36,590 bases of DNA from Saprospiraceae bacterium. Lineage in GTDB: Bacteria; Bacteroidota; Bacteroidia; Chitinophagales; Saprospiraceae. The stretch lies in the NCBI GenBank assembly GCA_013001805.1, contig JABDLW010000473.1, forward strand, positions 1 through 36,590, given 5' to 3'. This document shows, in pieces, positions 29,209 to 36,590 of the stretch (position 1 is its first letter; the number at the start of each line of letters is the position of its first letter). The position numbers and the translations under genes are program-made. The notes under the pieces were generated by a model that was not told where the DNA came from, made no database searches, and saw only the letters and a list, made by a program, of their open reading frames with translations.

Positions 29209-30297
29209 ATGAGTAGTGAAAAATTCATCCGGAGATTAGCTGAAGAACAATATGCAACCGAGCTGAGTGCTCTGCAAAAAGAAGATAAGGATCCCCGACC
29301 AGAAAATTGGCATCTTTCCCCAACTCAGGTTTGTAAGTATATACTGGGTGGCAAACTGACTTCAGGTGACGAGATACAACCAAAATACTTCGGTGAGAGA
29401 CGTTTGGTTGAGTTAGCCGTAGCCACAATATTAACAGATCGGGCTTTACTCTTGATTGGAGTTCCTGGCACAGCCAAAACCTGGCTTTCCGAACATCTTG
29501 CAGCAGCGATTTCAGGCGATTCTACCCGGGTTGTACAAGGCACTTCAGGCACAGGAGAGGATGCAATAAGATATGGCTGGAATTATGCAAAACTATTGCA
29601 AGAAGGTCCCAGTACAGACGCTTTAGTACCCAGTCCGGTCATGAGAGCAATGCAAGGAGGACAACTTGTGCGGATAGAAGAACTTACACGAATCCCTTCC
29701 GACATTCAGGATGCATTAATAACCATACTTTCGGAAAAGAACCTGCCGGTCCCTGAGCTTGATATTAATATCAGGGCAAAATCAGGATTTAATGTGGTGG
29801 CCACTGCCAATGATCGTGACCGGGGTGTACATGAGTTGTCCAGTGCTTTACAAAGAAGATTTAATGTGGTCAAATTGCCTTTACCTCCGTCTCTGGAGGA
29901 GGAATTAAAAATTGTGTCTTTCCGGATTGATCAAATAAACCGGGAACGCAAATTGCCGGTTCAACACATTGGAGTGGATGAAATAAAAAAATTAATAACC
30001 GTATTCAGAGAACTGAGATCAGGTCAGTCGGAGGATGGAGAGATTAAAATCAAATCGCCATCTTCGACCTTGAGTACCGCCGAAGCGATTTCGGCTGTCA
30101 ACAATAGTATTATTCTTTCCGCCTATTTTAATCACAAAAAAGGCAGCGTAGTACCCATCGCAGAAAGCATAATTGGTGCTGTGGTAAAAGACTCCAATCA
30201 GGATATACCAATTTTATCAGAGTATCTCGATACGGTGATCAAATCGAGGAAAGGTTGGTCTAAAATATATGAGGCCTGCCATCTGATTCTGAAATAA
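29209..30297 (+). CDS. MoxR/AAA_5-type AAA+ ATPase
   Basis: 362 aa. It has Walker A GVPGTAKT (29458-29481), Walker B-like LVRIEE (29665-29682) with Glu replacing the usual Asp, sensor-1 VVATAN, and ALQRRF corresponding to the MoxR xxLDRF arginine motif. Confidence 0.9.
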   Translation: MSSEKFIRRLAEEQYATELSALQKEDKDPRPENWHLSPTQVCKYILGGKLTSGDEIQPKYFGERRLVELAVATILTDRALLLIGVPGTAKTWLSEHLAAAISGDSTRVVQGTSGTGEDAIRYGWNYAKLLQEGPSTDALVPSPVMRAMQGGQLVRIEELTRIPSDIQDALITILSEKNLPVPELDINIRAKSGFNVVATANDRDRGVHELSSALQRRFNVVKLPLPPSLEEELKIVSFRIDQINRERKLPVQHIGVDEIKKLITVFRELRSGQSEDGEIKIKSPSSTLSTAEAISAVNNSIILSAYFNHKKGSVVPIAESIIGAVVKDSNQDIPILSEYLDTVIKSRKGWSKIYEACHLILK

Positions 30298-30323
30298 TCA
30301 AAATCAGGAGCTAATAAATCAAA

Positions 30324-32516
30324 ATGACCTACAAGCTCTTTGGAATTAGGCATCATGGGGCGGGATCTTGCCGGAATCTGGTCTCTGCCCTACATTCCTA
30401 TGCTCCAGAGATCGTGCTTATCGAATGTCCTGCAGATGCAGAATCTCTCATCACCTATGTAGCTCACGAGCTGGTGAAACCCCCGGTAGCAATCATGATA
30501 TATAATCCAAAGGACTTAAGCCAATATGCTTATTATCCATTCACTGTGTTTAGTCCGGAGTGGCAGGCGATACAATATGGTGTGGAGAAGAGTATTCCTG
30601 TGTGGTTTTTTGACTTGCCACAAAGTCAGAGTTTTCTCATTTCCGACCATTCCACTGTGACTAAAAAGGAGCAGGGTTTTACCCACGATCCCTTTGGTCA
30701 AATGGCAAAACTCGCGGGATTTGAGGATCCGGAACGCTGGTGGGAAGAATATATCGAACAACAAAAGGCCGCACCCGAAATTTTTGATACAATCCTTGAC
30801 TTGATGCAAGAACTGCGTAAATCAGATATTACTGATAAGAGATCAAATTTAATTCGCGAGGCCTTTATGCGTCAAAAGATCCGCGCTGCAATTAAATCCG
30901 GATACCAGAAAATAGCTGTTGTTTGTGGCGCCTGGCACGCCCCCGTCCTGACCGACTTATCTTCACCAGGTGCCAGTGATGACGCAAAGATTTTACGAGG
31001 GCTAAAAAGAACCACCGCTGCTTATACTTGGGTTCCTTGGTCTTACAATCGCATAGCCAGGCATACCGGCTATGGGAGTGGTGTCATATCGCCCTACTGG
31101 TACGAGGCACTTTTTGCTGATCATGCAACCGCCGTGGCCAGGTGGATGAGTCGAGCTTCAGCATTTCTTTCCGAACTCGGCCATCAAGTTTCGCCGGCAC
31201 AGACTATTGAAAGTACACGCCTGGCTGTAAATTTGGCCTATTTGAGAAAAAAAGCCATGCCAGGTATAGTGGAACTATTTGATGCGGTGATCGCCGTTCA
31301 TGTTCAAGGCAATGATCAAATTTTAGAAAAGCTCAGGCTAAGACTTTTAGAGGGCGAAAAGATCGGGACGGTGTCCGATCAAGTGCCGACTGTTCCATTA
31401 CTTAAGGATATTGAAACGCACCTCAAAAAAACACGCCTGTTTAAAGACTGGAAGAAGGATGGGCTGATTGAAAAGCATTTTGATTTACGCAAGTCGACAC
31501 AACTGGAAGCAAGCCGGTTGCTCCGGCGTATGCAGCTCTTGGGTATTAGCTGGGCTCAGGAAAAAGAGGTCGAACATAACCCTTTAGGTACCTTTCACGA
31601 ATACTGGGATCTACAGTGGTTCCCGGAATTTGAATTGCAAATCATCGAGGCAAGTATGTGGGGTAATACCCTGGAAGATGCATCGGTTCATTATATAACA
31701 CACCAGTTGGCTGATGATATCGCATTTGAAAAATTGGGGACCTTACTATATCAGGCCCTCCATGCCAACTTGCCGGGTCTGGTTCCTGGCATAAGCAAGA
31801 AAATAAGCGATCTGGGAAACTTAACTGACGATGTGCTTTCGCTGATGTTGGTCATGCCCCCGTTGATCTGGTCCCTGCGATATGGCAATGTTGCTCAATA
31901 TGACATGAATGGACTACATCAATTAATCGATCAATTATTTCCCCGGATTTGCATTCTAATTCCCGGAAAAACAACCAATCTCTCTGAGGAGTTGGCACTT
32001 GAATCTTTTAAGTCGATTAATCAACTACATCAAGCATTGCAGTTGCTGGAAAATCCAAAATACTTGCTTGATTGGACTACTACTTTGATTCAAATAGCAA
32101 ATATTCGTGAAGCAAATCCATTGATCAAGGGAAATTGCCTTCGACTTCTGCTAATCAGGGAAAGTCTCGACGAAAGTGCCATATACAAACTCGTGCGTTT
32201 CAATCTATCAAGTTTACTCGATCCATTTTACCCCAGTCTCTTCCTGGAAGGACTATTGTATGGCGGTGGCTGGCTGCTGATTCAAAAACCGGCCTTACGT
32301 AAGATCATTGACCAATGGATCTTGCCTTTGACTGAAGAGCAATTCATCACTTTTTTACCTATACTGCGGCGTACATTTAGTTCCTTTTCGGTTGAAGAAA
32401 AAGAAGCATTATACAATTTGTTATTTGCCGGCCGATTTGTGGAAGAAAAAGATGTCAATGTTAATGATCAAAGAAAAGAGTTGGTACTTCCCACCTTAAG
32501 GTTCTTACTGAAATAG
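30324..32516 (+). CDS. Uncharacterised 730-aa protein, DUF5682-like, with an N-terminal TraB/PrgY/TIKI/GumN-like domain followed by about 500 aa of helical region
   Basis: The N-terminus LFGIRHHGAGSCRNLVSALHSYAPEIVLIECP and the later REAFMRQKIRAAIKSGYQKIAVVCGAWHAP line up with the GTAHVS...PD.V.VEL and ERD..M...VVGAGH motifs of TraB-family proteins. The gene starts 26 nt after the ATPase gene. Confidence 0.85.
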   Translation: MTYKLFGIRHHGAGSCRNLVSALHSYAPEIVLIECPADAESLITYVAHELVKPPVAIMIYNPKDLSQYAYYPFTVFSPEWQAIQYGVEKSIPVWFFDLPQSQSFLISDHSTVTKKEQGFTHDPFGQMAKLAGFEDPERWWEEYIEQQKAAPEIFDTILDLMQELRKSDITDKRSNLIREAFMRQKIRAAIKSGYQKIAVVCGAWHAPVLTDLSSPGASDDAKILRGLKRTTAAYTWVPWSYNRIARHTGYGSGVISPYWYEALFADHATAVARWMSRASAFLSELGHQVSPAQTIESTRLAVNLAYLRKKAMPGIVELFDAVIAVHVQGNDQILEKLRLRLLEGEKIGTVSDQVPTVPLLKDIETHLKKTRLFKDWKKDGLIEKHFDLRKSTQLEASRLLRRMQLLGISWAQEKEVEHNPLGTFHEYWDLQWFPEFELQIIEASMWGNTLEDASVHYITHQLADDIAFEKLGTLLYQALHANLPGLVPGISKKISDLGNLTDDVLSLMLVMPPLIWSLRYGNVAQYDMNGLHQLIDQLFPRICILIPGKTTNLSEELALESFKSINQLHQALQLLENPKYLLDWTTTLIQIANIREANPLIKGNCLRLLLIRESLDESAIYKLVRFNLSSLLDPFYPSLFLEGLLYGGGWLLIQKPALRKIIDQWILPLTEEQFITFLPILRRTFSSFSVEEKEALYNLLFAGRFVEEKDVNVNDQRKELVLPTLRFLLK

Positions 32517-32568
32517 TCTTAAATCACGTAATCGCTCCTCAAGTTTTCGATCAATGTCCTCTGAGTGG

Positions 32569-33390
32569 TCACTCCTCTTCCTCGTGCTCCCTGACATAGT
32601 TATTATCTATGTCATCTCCCTCATCTTCATCTTGCTCGGAATCCTTCCCCCTGGTGAGCCAAAAATTATTTGCTCCTTCACCCTGGATCAGATGAACCTT
32701 CTGTTGGCTTAATAGCTCCAGGAGTGCCAGGAATGTGACAATCGCATGAATTCTACTTTCAAGCTTGAGAAAAACATCCTCAAAGGAAGACTTAATTCCC
32801 AGTGAAATCTTGGAATACAAATAATTCTGTTGTTCCTGAATTGTATATTCATACCGGGCTATAGTATGGGCAACAACCGCGTCATCTTTTAGCCGGTCCA
32901 AAACATTTTCAAAGGCTTTCAACAGTTTGAAAAGTGTGATCGACTCAAGTTCGGCATCAACCATTGCAACTTCTGCGATTCTCCGTAGGTCGTCCTTGGT
33001 ATTGCCTCGCTCAAACATAAGAGATCGCGCTTCTTCCTTCTGGCGAAACGTATCCAGTGTCTCTTTATATCGCTTGTATTCTATAAGTTTTTGGACTAAT
33101 TCTTCACGAGGGTCGATCTCATTGCCCTCTTCATCTACCGCCTTGCGGGGCAACAACATTTTTGCCTTGATGCGCATCAGGGTCGCAGCAACGACGATAA
33201 ACTCGCTCGCCAAATCAATGTTCAAAGCATCGATGTGACGCACATAATCGAGAAAATCATCGGTGATTTTTGCAATTGGGATATTGTTGATGTCGAGCTC
33301 ATCGCGCTCGATGAAAAACAATAGCAAGTCAAAGGGTCCCTCAAACTGAGGTAATCTTATTGTATATGTATAGTAATTTTGATCCTCCAT
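32569..33390 (-). CDS. scpA: Segregation and condensation protein A (kleisin of the SMC-ScpAB complex)
   Basis: 273 aa. It begins LPQFEGPFDLLLFFIERDELDINNIPIAKITDDFLDYV, the characteristic ScpA N-terminus. It has an acidic C-terminal tail. Confidence 0.9.
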   Translation of the reverse strand: MEDQNYYTYTIRLPQFEGPFDLLLFFIERDELDINNIPIAKITDDFLDYVRHIDALNIDLASEFIVVAATLMRIKAKMLLPRKAVDEEGNEIDPREELVQKLIEYKRYKETLDTFRQKEEARSLMFERGNTKDDLRRIAEVAMVDAELESITLFKLLKAFENVLDRLKDDAVVAHTIARYEYTIQEQQNYLYSKISLGIKSSFEDVFLKLESRIHAIVTFLALLELLSQQKVHLIQGEGANNFWLTRGKDSEQDEDEGDDIDNNYVREHEEEE

Positions 33391-33403
33391 AGTTAGATGT
33401 GCA

Positions 33404-33411
33404 CAAAAGTA
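33404..33411 (-). promoter_or_regulatory. Candidate -7 promoter box for scpA
   Basis: The minus strand has TACTTTTG, an exact TAnnTTTG match, ending 13 nt upstream of the ATG. I see no convincing -33 TTG at the expected spacing. Confidence 0.3.
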
Positions 33412-33564
33412 ATCAAATCGGTATTGCGAAGCTTGTCAGAGAAAAGAAAATAAGTGGCGTATTTACATCAGAGTCTTTATGTTTAGGGGAGATAGCATAA
33501 GAGTATTAGTTTTAACTCTCTCCGGGCACAACATTTCATATATAAAAAAAGCACCAAATCTGTC

Positions 33565-34275
33565 ATGCAAAAGAAAAATAAAGGCCGTATCTACCTGGTG
33601 CCGACGCCACTGATCGAAGGTGAGATTAATACTATTCCGGAAATGAATCGCTTGATCGTGGCCAGCTGCCGCTACTTTCTAGTCGAATCCTTCAAAACGG
33701 GGCGACGACACATCCGTGCTATGGTTCCTGCCTTTGACCTGGATAGTGCCGTACTTGAGCAGCTGGACAAATCGACGCCCGTTGAGGATCTCGAAAACTT
33801 AATTGAACCGGTATTTCAGGGCCATGACATATGTGTACTTTCAGATGCCGGATGCCCGGGCATTGCCGATCCCGGAAGCCGCCTGGTGCAATTGGCCCAT
33901 CATAAAAATATTGAAATCATTCCCCTCTCTGGTCCCAGCTCAATCACTTTGGCCCTCATGGCCTCGGGATATAATGGGCAGCAATTCACTTTTCATGGAT
34001 ATCTTTCTCGCAACAAAAGCGAATTAAAAATCGAATTGAGAAAAATTGAGCAAATGGCAAACTACGCTACTCAGATTTTTATGGAAACACCTTATCGCAA
34101 TTTGTCACTTTTTAATCAGCTCACTGCATTTTTATCTCCCAATGTTCAATTATGCATTGCCTGTGATCTTACCAGTGCAAATTCATTGGTTAAAAGTCAA
34201 ACTATTTCTCAGTGGAAAAAACAGACAGCACCAAATATTCACAAGAGACCTTGCATTTTTTTGATCACCAAATAA
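33565..34275 (+). CDS. SAM-dependent methyltransferase, tetrapyrrole-methylase (TP_methylase / RsmI-like) fold
   Basis: 236 aa. It has YLVPTPL..., VLSDAGCPGIADPG, and GPSSITLALMASG, all typical of the RsmI/YraL-like family. Confidence 0.8.
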   Translation: MQKKNKGRIYLVPTPLIEGEINTIPEMNRLIVASCRYFLVESFKTGRRHIRAMVPAFDLDSAVLEQLDKSTPVEDLENLIEPVFQGHDICVLSDAGCPGIADPGSRLVQLAHHKNIEIIPLSGPSSITLALMASGYNGQQFTFHGYLSRNKSELKIELRKIEQMANYATQIFMETPYRNLSLFNQLTAFLSPNVQLCIACDLTSANSLVKSQTISQWKKQTAPNIHKRPCIFLITK

Positions 34276-34859
34276 TATCTGCGGCTAAAATCTGTACGCG
34301 ACCTTTAGTCTTGGTGCAAATAGAAAAAATTTGGCCACTGTAGTACTGTAGGCGCGGAAATATGAGCCAGGTTTTATCTCTCTTGTACCGATTTCAACTT
34401 TCACCGGAGGATTTAGCAATCATCAAGGAGATTTAACATCCTGGATTCCACTGGTACTTCTGGGAGATAGCCCGGCCATTAAGGACTATCGTTTCCAAGC
34501 AGGAGCTTATGGTAAATCGATGTAAATCTCCATTTCCTTTTAAACGCATTCCGGTGGTTGTTGCGATTGAAAAATATATTTGATACGGAGTGTAAGGAAT
34601 CACTCTTGCCATAGAGTCAAGCTTGACTGGCGAAGTAGAAAGTGCGGAGGAAATTCATCTCACACCCGCCACTTCATGGTCAAGCTGAGTCAAGAAAAAT
34701 TACTTATGACCTTATGCGTCATCATATGAAAACGAGTGATGAGCGCCCGCTGGGAGGCAAGAAATTTTCCAAATATTGTCCAATAGCAAGGCATGGGATC
34801 GTCTAGAACATGATCACCAGATTGACCTGGTCCATTTTTATTAAAAAAAACTATAAATC

Positions 34860-35474
34860 ATGAAACGACTAACGAATCTAGCATTGCTTCTATCCATCTT
34901 ATCCTTATCCACCCTTGCATCAGGTCAGGATATGCTTAGTAAAGATGATCGCAACAAAGCGATAACATCTCTCAAGTCATCTAGTGCCATGTTGCTTGAA
35001 TCTGTTAAAGGTCTATCTCCATCACAATTAAATTATAAGGCCGATCCAGAAAGTTGGTCAATCGCCGAATGTGTTGAACACCTGGCCATCTCAGAAAAAA
35101 ACATTTTTGGCTTGGTTGACATGGCATTGCAAAGTCCATCTGATCCATCGCTACGTGCATCTTTACCTTTTAGTGATGAGGAAGTAGTAGGATTTATTTC
35201 AGATCGCAGTTCTAAGGTGAAAACTCAACCTCCCTTTGAACCAAAAGGTAATTTTGGATCTTTTGATGGCTCACTAGATGAATTTAAAACGCTACGCAAA
35301 TCAAATATGAAGTATATTAAAAAGACAAAAGACGATCTGCGCAATCACTATTTTGATTTCCCTTTCGGTAAAGTAGATGCGTACCAGGTTGTTATGTTTA
35401 TGTCTGGCCATACGATGCGGCATACGGCGCAAATAAAAGAAGTCATGACACATGATGGCTTTCCAACTTCATAA
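34860..35474 (+). CDS. DinB-family (DinB_2) four-helix-bundle metalloprotein, exported
   Basis: 204 aa. The signal peptide is MKRLTNLALLLSILSLSTLASGQ. The His triad context is ECVEHLAISE ... SGHTMRHTAQI. Confidence 0.8.
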   Translation: MKRLTNLALLLSILSLSTLASGQDMLSKDDRNKAITSLKSSSAMLLESVKGLSPSQLNYKADPESWSIAECVEHLAISEKNIFGLVDMALQSPSDPSLRASLPFSDEEVVGFISDRSSKVKTQPPFEPKGNFGSFDGSLDEFKTLRKSNMKYIKKTKDDLRNHYFDFPFGKVDAYQVVMFMSGHTMRHTAQIKEVMTHDGFPTS

Positions 35475-35685
35475 AATTGCTTGACATTAATCATGCTAAT
35501 CTGTAAGCATTTTTCATTGCAAAATTTTCTGAGAAATAAGTGGGTCAGATGATCCACTTTTTTATTTGTGTTTACTTTATTATGAAATCCCATTGTTCAA
35601 TCGTCAGGTATGAGCTGATGTTTCTTTTTGTGAAAATTTCGTACATTTTATTAAATTGCAACCATTTAGTTGCTATTTATTGAGA

Positions 35686-36099
35686 ATGGAGGACAAAATC
35701 ATAAAGCAGCACCAGTTTGCAAGTCCTATCGGTGTGGTTTGGACGGCAATATCTGAAGCGGAGCAGATATCTACGTGGTTTATTCAGGCAGATTTTCGCG
35801 CTGAGCAAGGCTATAGATATACCTTCACTCATGAGCAAACGGAAATTCATGGAGAGGTTATGGTGGCAAATCCAGTTTACGAACTCACCTACTCATGGAT
35901 TGTAAAAGGTACAGAAGTGGTGACAATGGTTAGTTGGCGCCTGGAAGAAAATAGCGAAGGTACTTTATTGACTCTTGAACACAGTGGAATCAGCAAATAT
36001 CCTGGTGAGACCGCGATTATGATGTTTCAAAATTACGAAGGAGGTTGGATCTCATGTCTGAAAGATCTCGATGTTCATCTGAATGGTAAAAATGAATAA
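35686..36099 (+). CDS. SRPBCC / AHSA1-like (START-fold) protein
   Basis: It reads FASPIGVVWTAISEAEQISTWF... with a C-terminal GGWISCLKDLDVHL, typical of Aha1-like SRPBCC proteins. I use the ATG at 35686 instead of the TTG at 35656. Confidence 0.8.
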   Translation: MEDKIIKQHQFASPIGVVWTAISEAEQISTWFIQADFRAEQGYRYTFTHEQTEIHGEVMVANPVYELTYSWIVKGTEVVTMVSWRLEENSEGTLLTLEHSGISKYPGETAIMMFQNYEGGWISCLKDLDVHLNGKNE

Positions 36100-36418
36100 G
36101 AAAGACAAGATCGACAAATTATTTAAAGCCATAGCAGATCCTACTCGTAGGGAGATTTTTCACGTTCTTATGCTGGCAAGTGTAGCCATGTCCCTATCAC
36201 AGATCTCACAAAAATTTGAGATCAGTCGTCAGGGCGTGACCAAACACATTAAACTGCTGGAGGAGGCTGGCTTAATACAAACCGTTCAGGAAGGGAGAGA
36301 ACGCTTCTGCACTGCAAATCCGACTCCTTTGCATGAAATAAAAAACTGGTTAGCAGTATATGATAAGTTTTGGGATGACAAGATTCGGGCACTTGACCAA
36401 TATCTAAAACAGAAATAG
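36083..36418 (+). CDS. ArsR/SmtB-family winged-helix transcriptional regulator
   Basis: 111 aa. It has FKAIADPTRREIFHVL, LSQISQKFEISRQGVTKHIKLLEEAGLI and GRERF. It overlaps the SRPBCC gene by 17 nt. The ATG at 36092 is an alternative start. Confidence 0.85.
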   Translation: MVKMNKKDKIDKLFKAIADPTRREIFHVLMLASVAMSLSQISQKFEISRQGVTKHIKLLEEAGLIQTVQEGRERFCTANPTPLHEIKNWLAVYDKFWDDKIRALDQYLKQK

Positions 36419-36461
36419 CTGTGCAATCGTATTCTGACACCATTAAAAGCATCTGTATTTA

Positions 36462-36529
36462 AAACGGACAATGATGTTGATCCAGAGCAGGTTATCTTGC
36501 TAGAGCTGGCGCAACTACATTGTCCGTTT
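36462..36529. repeat. 12-bp perfect inverted repeat with a 44-nt spacer, downstream of the ArsR-like gene
   Basis: AAACGGACAATG at 36462-36473 is complementary to CATTGTCCGTTT at 36518-36529. The spacer itself can fold (CCAG..AGCA-loop-TGCT..CTGG). Confidence 0.5.
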
Positions 36530-36590
36530 CTCTTATGGTAAATTGTAACGTACCACACTAAGTGTCCGTACTTAGTTTGATTTTAGAGCC

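Noticed and set aside
33803-34264. 74- and 72-aa + strand ORFs inside the methyltransferase gene
   Set aside because: They are out-of-frame overlaps of a well-supported TP_methylase-fold CDS on the same strand, with no independent evidence.
34362-34436. 24-codon ORF MSQVLSLLYRFQLSPEDLAIIKEI in the long gap
   Set aside because: It is too short, has no recognisable family or translation signals, and open frames of this length are expected by chance.

Overview
This is a 36.6-kb chromosomal window, most likely from a Bacteroidota genome. Supporting signs are the atpD-atpC pair split from the rest of the atp operon, beta-propeller/Y_Y_Y sensor kinases, a DUF6029-like gene beside a TlpA-like gene, few Shine-Dalgarno sequences, and several exact TAnnTTTG -7 promoter boxes. 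Class or genus cannot be assigned by eye.

The window is densely packed with about 33 protein genes, mostly housekeeping:
- K+-dependent-type membrane pyrophosphatase, gltX, atpDC, scpA, an S41 tail-specific protease, and Xaa-Pro aminopeptidase.
- A DtxR-family regulator with a metal ABC binding protein and ATPase.
- An ECF sigma / anti-sigma / DUF4097 module, and a NarL-type two-component pair.

I found no rRNA, tRNA, CRISPR array, transposase or integrase.

Two things stand out:
1. A compact three-gene operon at 27632-32516 encodes a helical DUF5691-like protein, a MoxR/AAA_5-type ATPase, and a 730-aa DUF5682-like protein. The N-terminus of the 730-aa protein carries a clear TraB/PrgY/TIKI-like motif set. 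None of the three has a known function, and the VWA and SWIM partners that I recall accompanying this gene set in other phyla are absent.
2. An array of three ~160-nt units at 1124-1836, each built from the same four hairpins. Two hairpins in each unit look like minus-strand intrinsic terminators, so this is a candidate family of small structured RNAs next to the two-component system.

Smaller oddities:
- The metal ABC locus has no permease gene, and its binding protein has a C-terminal membrane anchor.
- A beta-CASP RNase gene is directly abutted to a lipoprotein / beta-barrel gene pair.
- Two ORF-free stretches (1860-2176 and 34276-34859) remain unexplained.

All family names come from motif recognition and recollection. 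No searches were run.
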